64,000 nt of DNA from a virus. Taxonomy: Duplodnaviria; Caudoviricetes. The DNA lies in the IMG/VR virus record IMGVR_UViG_3300020049_007737, positions 32,001-96,000 of that record; one strand, written 5' to 3'. Of this stretch, positions 19,814 through 29,103 are shown piece by piece (position 1 is the stretch's first letter; every line of letters starts with the position of its first letter). A program made the translations under genes and the position numbers. The notes under the pieces were generated by a model. The model was not told the DNA's origin, ran no database searches, and saw only the letters and a list, made by a program, of their open reading frames with translations.

Positions 19814-21802
19814 ATGGCAACAAGAAAAAAAACAATAACCGTACCTGTAAATTTTGGTAACGTAGCAGATTTAGTAAATAATACGCTTACCACAATAGGT
19901 ACTCCAACAATTTATATTCCTGAAAACAGTGTAGGTAACCCAGTTACATTTACTTCAGTATGTTTCTTCACAGCAGCTCAAGATACATCAACAGTAACTG
20001 GTGCTACTATAACAACATATACAAACACGTTAACATTAGCTGCAGCACCCGCAAGTACAGTTACAATATCCGCAGGTACTTTACCTAACTCAGGTGAAAA
20101 TTGGGGTGGATTATTTGGCCCAGTAGATTACACAACATATTTTAATACAAACTATGGAACTGGTACTTCTAAAGCATTAACCGTACAAGTATTGAGTAAC
20201 ATTACAACTGGTACTGGTGTAACAACAAGAGGTGTTTATGGTTATTTGGAAATAACTTACACTTATGATGATTCAGCATTAACAAGAATAAAAACTATTT
20301 GCATTCCTTATGAATCACAAATTTCAACATTAACAACTACAGCAAATACTACTTTTGCAACAATGCCTCAATTAACAGGAGTAGGGGGTTGGTTAGATGG
20401 ATATGCTGGTGTTACTATTAGGAATAGATGGATAGAAATAAAAGGTAATTGTAATAACAACAATACAGCAACTGACTCTAACTTAACAACAAACTTTGAT
20501 AGTAGTGGTTCTCCAGTTACATTACCTGTTAGAGAATCAGCTCTAGCATCAGATACATACCAGATGTATCAAGTAGATGCATCTGCTTTAACAACCACAG
20601 CAACCCACAACTTCCAATTATGGAATTCATTAGCATCAAGATGGGCTAATATTATAGTAAACGAATGGATAACATTTGAATACACAGTAGCAGGATCAGC
20701 AAGACCTCTTAATTATATAGAAATACCTATTGAATTTGACTCTCCAATTCCTGGTACAACATCAGCAGTAGCATTAAGATTAGCTCGTCAATTATTAATT
20801 CCTGAACCAGGTACTCTTACAATGAGAAAATGTTCTGTAGAAATAAATTATAATACAATAGCTTCTGCTACAGTAGCTATTAAAGCAGGAGCACAAGCAT
20901 CTTATAGATCATATGCTCAAGCTTCAAACGTTGTAGCAGGAATGTTTTCATTCCAACATGGTTTAGATGCATCATCAGCTTTAGGAGCAGCATTTACTTT
21001 AGCTAAGGGTGAAAATGATATAGTGATAGATTTATACAGAAGTGTGGGTTCAGCATACAATGTTACTGGAGTATTAAAAATGTTATATGAATCTGATGTA
21101 GACGCAGGAGGTATAGATAATCATAGTGATGTAAGAAGAGGATTTATGAGACAAATGTCTTTTACAGCAACTGGTGATGTAAGTGTAACAGATTCTTTTG
21201 TAATACCTGATGCTAATTATTGGTTACAAGGTCTAGCTTTACAAAATTATTTCTGGATGCAATCATCTGTTAGTCCATTGACTCAACAAACAGCCATATT
21301 ACCTGGTGAGAGTGATGGAGCTGGTTGGAGAGAATTATTCGTGGATAGTTACATTGGTGATAACGAATTGGCATATGGTAGATGGACTGTTAGAGCAAGA
21401 CCTGAATTTAAAATATATCCTCAAAGTCCTGATGTAGAAAGATTGGACGTAGAAACTGCACGTTCATATAGAACAACATCATTCTCAACATTTAGATTTG
21501 GAACAACATGGGTTAATTCTTATATGAATATAACAAGTACCTTATCAGGAACTATATCTAATAGTAATGGAGGTTTAATTTCAATTTCTTTATTTAGAGC
21601 GGATACAGATCAATTGATGGCAACAACTACAAGAACAGGTGATGGAACTTATTCGTTTGTTATATACATTGATAATATTGATTATTATGTAACAGCATAT
21701 GAAGACAACACTTATAAAGGATTATCAAAAACAGATTTAGTTAATACTAATTTTGATATTAGTATGACTGGTGGGGGTGGTGGGGGAGAATTTTTCTTCT
21801 AA
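19814..21802 (+). CDS. Putative tail-associated structural protein
   Basis: 662 aa Thr-rich, beta-strand-like protein in the fibre cluster; C-terminal small beta-sandwich-like segment. Confidence 0.5.
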   Translation: MATRKKTITVPVNFGNVADLVNNTLTTIGTPTIYIPENSVGNPVTFTSVCFFTAAQDTSTVTGATITTYTNTLTLAAAPASTVTISAGTLPNSGENWGGLFGPVDYTTYFNTNYGTGTSKALTVQVLSNITTGTGVTTRGVYGYLEITYTYDDSALTRIKTICIPYESQISTLTTTANTTFATMPQLTGVGGWLDGYAGVTIRNRWIEIKGNCNNNNTATDSNLTTNFDSSGSPVTLPVRESALASDTYQMYQVDASALTTTATHNFQLWNSLASRWANIIVNEWITFEYTVAGSARPLNYIEIPIEFDSPIPGTTSAVALRLARQLLIPEPGTLTMRKCSVEINYNTIASATVAIKAGAQASYRSYAQASNVVAGMFSFQHGLDASSALGAAFTLAKGENDIVIDLYRSVGSAYNVTGVLKMLYESDVDAGGIDNHSDVRRGFMRQMSFTATGDVSVTDSFVIPDANYWLQGLALQNYFWMQSSVSPLTQQTAILPGESDGAGWRELFVDSYIGDNELAYGRWTVRARPEFKIYPQSPDVERLDVETARSYRTTSFSTFRFGTTWVNSYMNITSTLSGTISNSNGGLISISLFRADTDQLMATTTRTGDGTYSFVIYIDNIDYYVTAYEDNTYKGLSKTDLVNTNFDISMTGGGGGGEFFF

Positions 21803-21817
21803 TATTTATAATAAAAT

Positions 21818-22183
21818 ATGATAAAGTCTGTAAATCCCGTATCAGTAAATGTATTAGATCCTACCCAATTAAATTATATTAACATTAATATTGTTTTAGA
21901 CATCAGAGGAGGTGAATACATTTCTGAGGCTAGACACTTTTATGAGGTTAGTGGTAGTCAAACTACAGTTCATATTGGAGTAGAAAAATACTCTCATGAA
22001 CAAATAAATTATATTTATGATGCTTTAAAACCGGTTTTAGAATCATTACCTTTTACAGAACAACTTCAAACAGGTGTTGAATTAACATCATTAGATTACT
22101 ATAATACTCATGATTATTATGGAGTTCCCGCTAACACAAATGGTTGGGAAATAGCAATACCTGTTACAGGTTCAAATATATAA
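21818..22183 (+). CDS. Hypothetical protein (possible fibre assembly factor)
   Basis: 121 aa between fibre genes; ATATTTATA at 21802. Confidence 0.45.
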   Translation: MIKSVNPVSVNVLDPTQLNYININIVLDIRGGEYISEARHFYEVSGSQTTVHIGVEKYSHEQINYIYDALKPVLESLPFTEQLQTGVELTSLDYYNTHDYYGVPANTNGWEIAIPVTGSNI

Positions 22184-22196
22184 AATGTTATAACAT

Positions 22197-24773
22197 ATGC
22201 CACCGTTTAATACAGTACCAGGATTAGTTCCTTTAAAAATATATAGTGGAAGTACATTACTTACCACTAATGTCAACCTTATCAATTTTACAGGTTCAGG
22301 AGTTACAACTACTGTTAATGCATTTAATGGTTTAACAGTTACTATTGGTGGTGGAGGAACTACTGTAGATACAGGTTCATTATTAAAAACAGCATCATTT
22401 TCAAATCCAAATTTAACATTTACAAAAGGTGATGGAAGTACATTTGATGTAGATTTAATTACTTTAGTACCTACAAGTGCATCATATGCTTTAACATCTT
22501 CTTTTGCTATAAGTGCATCATATGCACCAGTAACACCTCCATTTCCTTATACAGGTTCAGCTCAAATTACAGGAAGTTTAGGAGTAACGGGTTCTGTTTC
22601 AATGTCTTTTTCTACTGGTGAAAAAGTTTATATAGCGGGTGCTGTAGGATCAGCGGAAACATTATTAGAAATAAGAAGACTAAATAGTAATTCGGGTGGT
22701 TTTATTTTTAGAAGTAACAGTAGTTTATCTCAACAATTAGAAACCACTAATGGTATTTTTAATATTAATACTGTCGATAATTCAGATATTCAACTATGGC
22801 CAGGTACTGGTAGTGTTAATATTAACACGACAGTTTTGAATATGAATGCTATTAACTCAGGTGTTCAGTTTAAAATAGGTACTCAAGCAGCTTCTTTATT
22901 AAATAGATGGATAAACGTAGGTACATCAACAGATTCGAGTTATAGTATAATCCAAGCAGCACAAAACGGAGCTACTCCAGCAGCAAATAACATAAGATTA
23001 AATCCTTTTGGTGGATATGTTGGTATAGGAAGTGCAACAACAGGAAGTAATTTAATAGTATTTAATGGACTAATTTCCGCTTCATATAGTTCAAGTAACT
23101 TATCAGTTGGTGGAACTCCAGGATGGACTACACCATTAAGAAACACAGCTATAGGTGTATCGACTCAAGGTTCAGTAACAACACAAACAGATAATACATC
23201 TGTTGGTTATTTAACTTTACTAGGTGGTACTTATAACACAGCCGTAGGATCATATGCTGCTCAATTAAATACAGGTGATGGTAACGTTGCTTTAGGCTAT
23301 TATGCATTAGGTAATCAAACTTCAAACATAAGTTATAATATAGCTATTGGTTGGCAATCAATGTTCAACGCCTCGGGTTCAGGAACTTTACATAATATCT
23401 CTCTTGGTTATCAATCTATGTATAGTGCTCGAGGAACCTATAACATAGCAATGGGTTATAGATCTGGATTTGGACTAACAACTGGATATCAAAACATATT
23501 TTTAGGATACAGAGCAGGATTGTATACATCAATATCAGGTGATAATATAGCAATTGGACATCAAGCAGGTTTAAAAATATCATCAAGTGATAATAGTAAT
23601 ATTTTAATAGGAACTAGTGCTGGTGGTAATGATAGTGGTGGTGCTACTTTAATGGGTAGTGGAAATGTTGGTATAGGTCTTGAATCACTAGCTGCCATAT
23701 CCTCAAGTGCTGGTGCATCTCCTGGTAACGTAGCTATAGGATTCCAATCAGGTAGAGGATTAACAACAGGTACTAGAAATATTCTTTTAGGATATAGAGC
23801 AGGATGGGGTATTGGAAGAGGTAGTAGTAATATATTTATGGGTTCTGATGTTGGTTTAGCTACAACAACACAAGCCATAAGTAATAACATTAGTATAGGC
23901 TCATCAACACTTAATGTGAATGTTAGTGCCAGTTACAATGTAGCAGTGGGAACATCAGCTTTAACATCAGTTGGAGCAACAGCAAGTGGAGCAAATAATG
24001 GAAGTTGGAATATCGCATTAGGATATAATGCTGGCAGTATTCTGAAAACAGGAATGTATAATGTTTTCATAGGAGTAGAGGCAGGAGCAAACAACTCAGG
24101 AAACCCAGTAAGTAATGGTAGTTATACTACCTTTATAGGACATAGAGCTGGAATGATTCAAGGAAATAATGGTGATTGGGGAAATTACAGTGTTGGTATA
24201 GGTACTTTTGCTATGGGATATAATGGTGGTATTACACCAATAGCACCAGGAGTAGGAAATACAGCAGTAGGATCTTCAACATTAACTAGAATAAGTAGTA
24301 GCATAACAACAAGAAACACAGCAGTAGGTTATAATGCTGGTGTTGTATTGAATGTTGGTGCTAATAATACATTTGTTGGTTCATATTCTGGTCAAAACTT
24401 TGCAACAGGTTCATCAAACATATTTGTTGGAGACTCAGCAGGTAATGGTATAGTAAGTGGTTCACGTAATACTATTATAGGTTCAATTACTGGACTAACA
24501 GCTAGTTTAAATGATACAATAATAATAGGAGCTGGTTCAACAGAACGAATAAGAATTGATGCATCAGGAAGTATGGGTTTAGGAACAACAGCACCATCTT
24601 CATCAGCTAAATTACAAATAGATTCAACAATACAAGGATTTTTACCCCCAAGAATGACTAATGCTCAAAGAACAGCAATAACGGCACCAGCAATTGGACT
24701 AATAGTTTATTGTACTGATGCTACTGAAGGATTATATGTCAATAAATCAACAGGTTGGACATTTATAATATAA
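22197..24773 (+). CDS. Tail fibre / adhesin with NxAxG beta-roll repeats
   Basis: Repeats NTAVG/NIAIG/NIFLG; C-terminal GLGTTAPSSSAKLQIDSTIQGFLPPRMT...GLIVYCTD, a segment typical of Bacteroidota fibre-like proteins. Confidence 0.75.
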   Translation: MPPFNTVPGLVPLKIYSGSTLLTTNVNLINFTGSGVTTTVNAFNGLTVTIGGGGTTVDTGSLLKTASFSNPNLTFTKGDGSTFDVDLITLVPTSASYALTSSFAISASYAPVTPPFPYTGSAQITGSLGVTGSVSMSFSTGEKVYIAGAVGSAETLLEIRRLNSNSGGFIFRSNSSLSQQLETTNGIFNINTVDNSDIQLWPGTGSVNINTTVLNMNAINSGVQFKIGTQAASLLNRWINVGTSTDSSYSIIQAAQNGATPAANNIRLNPFGGYVGIGSATTGSNLIVFNGLISASYSSSNLSVGGTPGWTTPLRNTAIGVSTQGSVTTQTDNTSVGYLTLLGGTYNTAVGSYAAQLNTGDGNVALGYYALGNQTSNISYNIAIGWQSMFNASGSGTLHNISLGYQSMYSARGTYNIAMGYRSGFGLTTGYQNIFLGYRAGLYTSISGDNIAIGHQAGLKISSSDNSNILIGTSAGGNDSGGATLMGSGNVGIGLESLAAISSSAGASPGNVAIGFQSGRGLTTGTRNILLGYRAGWGIGRGSSNIFMGSDVGLATTTQAISNNISIGSSTLNVNVSASYNVAVGTSALTSVGATASGANNGSWNIALGYNAGSILKTGMYNVFIGVEAGANNSGNPVSNGSYTTFIGHRAGMIQGNNGDWGNYSVGIGTFAMGYNGGITPIAPGVGNTAVGSSTLTRISSSITTRNTAVGYNAGVVLNVGANNTFVGSYSGQNFATGSSNIFVGDSAGNGIVSGSRNTIIGSITGLTASLNDTIIIGAGSTERIRIDASGSMGLGTTAPSSSAKLQIDSTIQGFLPPRMTNAQRTAITAPAIGLIVYCTDATEGLYVNKSTGWTFII

Positions 24774-24813
24774 AATAGTGTAAGAATAACTATTTTCATA
24801 TATTTATAGATAT

Positions 24814-25374
24814 ATGGCAATTGTTCTATCAAAATCAAATATAGCAAATAGTAATACTATTGAAGCATGGCAAGTATCACAATCAGTAGATGCCTTTACA
24901 GGAATAGAAGCGTATGATATCACAATATCAGGTTCATTAACAGTAACAGGTTCTACTAATTTAAGTGGTTCTACTACTATAGTAGGAGGTGATCTTACAG
25001 TACGTGGTTTTGCAAATGCAACAGCATCTTGGGCAACTAATGTAGTAAACAATCCTTCAAGCATCGATGGTGATTATTTACCTCAAGGTACTACAGTTGC
25101 AACAACTAACCCCTTAAAATTCGCTGCTGGTGCTACTGAAATAGCTACTGGTTTAACACAAGTTACAGTTAATTTCCCAACAATTCAAAATAAAGTATTA
25201 GGAACAGATGTTTTTGTTACGGTTGGTGTTTCATCATCATATGCTACTTCAAGTATGGCTTATTTTCCTAGAGTAGATAGTTTATCAAACACAGGAGACT
25301 TAACATTTTCTATGCAAACATCAAATGCATCAAATCCTACGCCATTCTTTTTTACAATAATGTACAAACCTTAA
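24814..25374 (+). CDS. Short fibre-like virion protein
   Basis: ITISGSLTVTGS and ATASWA motifs shared with the larger fibres. Confidence 0.55.
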   Translation: MAIVLSKSNIANSNTIEAWQVSQSVDAFTGIEAYDITISGSLTVTGSTNLSGSTTIVGGDLTVRGFANATASWATNVVNNPSSIDGDYLPQGTTVATTNPLKFAAGATEIATGLTQVTVNFPTIQNKVLGTDVFVTVGVSSSYATSSMAYFPRVDSLSNTGDLTFSMQTSNASNPTPFFFTIMYKP

Positions 25375-25390
25375 AAATAAAATATAAATC

Positions 25391-25642
25391 ATGGAAAAAA
25401 TAGTTTTAACAACAGACGAGTTACAATCACTTAAAAATTTTCAATCAACAAAAAACCAAATCATTAGCGATTTTGGTATTATTGAGTTTCAAATCCAAGA
25501 ATTAAAAACACAAAAAGAAATGCTTGTAAAAGCACTAGCTGGTTTAAAAGCCGAAGAAAATAAAGTTAGTCAAGAATTACAAGACAAATATGGTGAAGGA
25601 AACATTGATTTAACTAGCGGAGAATTTATCGCTACAAAGTAA
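25391..25642 (+). CDS. Small coiled-coil protein
   Basis: 83 aa heptad pattern ending KYGEGNIDLTSGEF. Confidence 0.55.
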   Translation: MEKIVLTTDELQSLKNFQSTKNQIISDFGIIEFQIQELKTQKEMLVKALAGLKAEENKVSQELQDKYGEGNIDLTSGEFIATK

Positions 25643-25700
25643 CTTTTGATTCCTTCTGTCATATTTATTACAGAATAAAATAAACTAATAAATAAACAAC

Positions 25701-27425
25701 ATGGCAGAAACATTAATATCTCCTGGCGTATTAGCGATAGAAAACGATCAATCGTTTATCACCCAGCAACCAATCACCGTAGGTGCGGCTATTATTGGTC
25801 CAACAGTTAAAGGTCCTGTAGAAGTTCCTACAATTGTTACCTCTTATAGTCAGTATCAAAATAAATTTGGTACTACATTTACAAGTGCAAGTAACGTTTA
25901 CACTTACTTCACTTCAATTGCAGCTTATAACTATTTTAACAATGGTGGTGAAACATTATTAGTTTCTCGTGTAGTAAGTGGTACATTTTCACCAGCATTA
26001 AGTACAGCAATATCAGCAAGTACAGAAGCATCAACACAACCAGCTTTTGTTTTAGAAACTTTATCTGAAGGTGTTATTATGAATAGCTCTTCAAGTTTAG
26101 ATTCAGCAGGTGCTTTAGCTAGTGGTTCATCAGATAACATCAGATGGCAAATCGTTAACGCTGATACTTCATCAGGTACTTTTGCATTATTAATCCGTCA
26201 AGGTAATGATACAACAAATTCACCAGTAGTTTTAGAAACTTGGACAGGTTTATCATTAGATCCTTATTCTCCAAATTTCGTATCAAGAGTATTAGGTGAC
26301 CAAACTCAGAATTACAATTCAACTAATATCCAAATGGAAGTTTCAGGTTCTTATCCTAATGCTTCTAAATATGTAAGAGTATCAAGTGTTAATTTATTAA
26401 CTCCTAATTATTTAGATAACGCAGGATTACCTAAAGCTCAATACACAAGTTCAATTCCATTAAACGCAAGTGGTTCATTCAATAGCGCTACTGGTACATT
26501 AAATACAGGTGTAAATGCTAAATATTATGATAATATCGTTACAGGTGTTACTAATACTCAAGGTTTAACAGGTAGTGACTATAATAACATGATCAATTTA
26601 TTATCTAACCAAGATGATTACAGATTTAATGTTATGATTACCCCAGGTTTATTCTCAGCAGAAGCTCCAATTGGTGCATCACAAGTAACATCAATCATCA
26701 ACAATACTCAAAACAGAGGTGATAATATTTACGTAGTTGACTTAGTAGCTTATAACGCAACATCAGCAGCCGCAGTAACAGCAGCAAATGCAAAAAATAC
26801 TTCATATGCTGCTTCATATTGGCCTTGGGTTCAAACAATTGATCCAGATTCTGCTCAATTAGTATGGGTACCTGCTTCAACAATGATTGCTGGTGTTTAT
26901 GCTTATAACGATAACGTAAGTGAACCTTGGTTTGCACCTGCAGGTATTAATAGAGGTGGTTTAAGTAACGTAGTTAGAGCAGCTCAAAAATTATCACAAA
27001 CAAACCGTGATACTTTATACAGTAATAAAATTAACCCAATTGCAACATTCCCAGGAACTGGAGTTGTAGTATATGGTCAAAAGACATTACAAACTAAAGC
27101 ATCTGCATTAGATAGAGTAAACGTAAGAAGATTATTAATTTCATTAAAATCATACATTTCTCAAGTTGCAAATAACTTAGTATTTGAACAAAACACTATT
27201 GCTACAAGAAATCAATTCTTAAGTCAAGTTAATCCTTACTTAACATCAGTACAACAAAGACAAGGTTTATACGCATTCAGAGTAATCATGGATGATAGTA
27301 ATAACACACCTGATGTAATTGATAGAAACCAATTAGTAGGTCAAATTTACTTACAACCAACTAAAACTGCTGAATTTATTTACTTAAACTTCAACATTTT
27401 ACCTACAGGAGTAAGTTTCGGGTAA
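25701..27425 (+). CDS. Contractile tail sheath (T4 gp18-like)
   Basis: ISPGVLAIEND, YWPWV, PWFAPAGINRG, INPIATF, YGQKTLQ, DRVNVRRLL, LQPTKTAEFI. Confidence 0.96.
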   Translation: MAETLISPGVLAIENDQSFITQQPITVGAAIIGPTVKGPVEVPTIVTSYSQYQNKFGTTFTSASNVYTYFTSIAAYNYFNNGGETLLVSRVVSGTFSPALSTAISASTEASTQPAFVLETLSEGVIMNSSSSLDSAGALASGSSDNIRWQIVNADTSSGTFALLIRQGNDTTNSPVVLETWTGLSLDPYSPNFVSRVLGDQTQNYNSTNIQMEVSGSYPNASKYVRVSSVNLLTPNYLDNAGLPKAQYTSSIPLNASGSFNSATGTLNTGVNAKYYDNIVTGVTNTQGLTGSDYNNMINLLSNQDDYRFNVMITPGLFSAEAPIGASQVTSIINNTQNRGDNIYVVDLVAYNATSAAAVTAANAKNTSYAASYWPWVQTIDPDSAQLVWVPASTMIAGVYAYNDNVSEPWFAPAGINRGGLSNVVRAAQKLSQTNRDTLYSNKINPIATFPGTGVVVYGQKTLQTKASALDRVNVRRLLISLKSYISQVANNLVFEQNTIATRNQFLSQVNPYLTSVQQRQGLYAFRVIMDDSNNTPDVIDRNQLVGQIYLQPTKTAEFIYLNFNILPTGVSFG

Positions 27426-27474
27426 TTTTTTAAAAACACAATATTTATAACAAAACAATAAATAATTAAATAAA

Positions 27475-27963
27475 ATGGCAGTATTAGATCCAAACGAAAT
27501 ATTTTTCACCGCCTTCGAACCTAAACAACAGAATAGATTTATTATGTATGTTGACGGTATACCAGCGTATATAATCAAAGCAGTAAGTGCAGTGACGCTG
27601 ACTCAAGGAACAGTTGCTCTTAACCATATAAACGTACAACGTTTCGTTAAAGGTAAATCAACATGGGGTCCTATCACAATGACATTATTTGATCCAATCA
27701 CCCCTTCAGGTGCTCAATCAGTAATGGAATGGGTACGTTTACATCACGAATCTGTAACAGGTAGAGATGGTTATTCTGACTTCTATAAGAAAGATTTAAC
27801 AATCGATGTTTTAGGACCAGTAGGTGATATTGTATCAGAATGGATTATTAAAGGTGCTTTAATTACAGAAGCTAACTTTGGTGATTATAACTGGGATACA
27901 GACTCAACAGCTCAAAACATTACTTTAACTGTACAACCAGATTATTGTATCTTGAACTTCTAA
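27475..27963 (+). CDS. Tail tube protein (T4 gp19-like)
   Basis: Follows the sheath; FEPKQQNRF, GKSTWGPITMTL, YKKDLTI, EWIIKGA. Confidence 0.9.
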   Translation: MAVLDPNEIFFTAFEPKQQNRFIMYVDGIPAYIIKAVSAVTLTQGTVALNHINVQRFVKGKSTWGPITMTLFDPITPSGAQSVMEWVRLHHESVTGRDGYSDFYKKDLTIDVLGPVGDIVSEWIIKGALITEANFGDYNWDTDSTAQNITLTVQPDYCILNF

Positions 27964-27986
27964 TTAAGAAAAATAAATTTAAAGAT

Positions 27987-28016
27987 AGCTCGCAAAAAAT
28001 GCGAGCTTCTTTTTTT
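27987..28016 (+). terminator. Rho-independent terminator
   Basis: AGCTCGCA/TGCGAGCT stem followed by a T run. Confidence 0.85.
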
Positions 28017-28059
28017 CTTATATATTTATATAGGACAATAAGTTATAACAATAAAAATT

Positions 28060-28797
28060 ATGGAAGAAAATAAATTTAGTTTCCCAACCGAGGTTGTAGA
28101 ATTACCATCAAAAGGTTTAATTTACCCTGAATCATCTCCTTTATCATCTGGAAAGCTTGAAATGAAATATATGACAGCTAAAGAAGAAGATATCTTAACA
28201 AACCAAGCATATATTCAGAAAGGTATTGTTTTAGATAAAGTATTACAATCTTTAATTGTTACTAAAATTGATTATAATGAATTGATTGTAGGTGATAAAA
28301 ATGCTATTATGGTAGCAGCTCGTGTATTGGGGTATGGTAAAGATTATTCATTCAACTATAATGGTACTGAATATGAAATTGATCTAACTCAGATCGATAA
28401 TAAACCATTTGATGAATCTCTAATAAAAAAAGGAGTAAATGAATTTAATTATGTTTTACCTACTAGTTCAACTCCAATTACATATAAACTTTTAACTCAT
28501 GGAGATGAAGAAAAATTAAAACAAGAGTTAGAAAGTTATAAAAAAATTAACAAAAACGCCTCTCCAGAATTATCAACACGTTTAAAATACATGATAACAT
28601 CAGTTAATGGAGAACGAGATCCTAAAACAATTCGAGAATTCGTAGATAATTATCTATTAGCTAAAGATTCAAGAGCATTAAGAAACCATGTAAAAGAAAC
28701 TCAACCAGATGTAGATCTCACTTTTTTTCCCGACGGAACTACAGATAGAGTCGATATTCCAATTGGGATTAAGTTTTTTTGGCCTGATTTCCAATAA
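28060..28797 (+). CDS. Baseplate hub / tail assembly chaperone (T4 gp26-like)
   Basis: VELPSKG, MTAKEEDIL, GDKNAIMVAARVLGYG; lies between tube and tape measure. Confidence 0.75.
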   Translation: MEENKFSFPTEVVELPSKGLIYPESSPLSSGKLEMKYMTAKEEDILTNQAYIQKGIVLDKVLQSLIVTKIDYNELIVGDKNAIMVAARVLGYGKDYSFNYNGTEYEIDLTQIDNKPFDESLIKKGVNEFNYVLPTSSTPITYKLLTHGDEEKLKQELESYKKINKNASPELSTRLKYMITSVNGERDPKTIREFVDNYLLAKDSRALRNHVKETQPDVDLTFFPDGTTDRVDIPIGIKFFWPDFQ

Positions 28798-29077
28798 TAT
28801 TCCTAATATTCGTATTAATATATTTACTCAAATCCATGAGATAGTATTTCATGGTAAGGGTGGATATTCATGGGATACAATATACAACATGCCTAGATGG
28901 TTGCGCTTGTTTACTTTTAGTAAAATAAAAGAATTTTATGAACAAGAAAAACAAGTAGCAGAATCTAATTCTAAAGGAAGCAATACTACAACGTTGATGG
29001 ATTCATCAGGAAACGTTAATAAAGGTAAAATTCCTCAACAAGCTTTTAATTCTAAAGCTCCTACAAAATACAAATAA
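28763..29077 (+). CDS. Tail assembly chaperone second ORF (possible frameshift extension)
   Basis: Overlaps the upstream gene in the +1 frame; TTG start only; IHEIVFHGKGGYSWDTIYNMPRWLR. Confidence 0.6.
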   Translation: MGLSFFGLISNNIPNIRINIFTQIHEIVFHGKGGYSWDTIYNMPRWLRLFTFSKIKEFYEQEKQVAESNSKGSNTTTLMDSSGNVNKGKIPQQAFNSKAPTKYK

Positions 29078-29103
29078 ATTTATCTTTAAATATTTATTAA
29101 CAT

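Noticed and set aside
13855-24773. CRISPR array or diversity-generating retroelement in the repeat-rich fibre region
   Set aside because: The repeats are in-frame, degenerate protein repeats. I saw no fixed repeat-spacer pattern, no reverse transcriptase and no adenine-specific template/variable pair.
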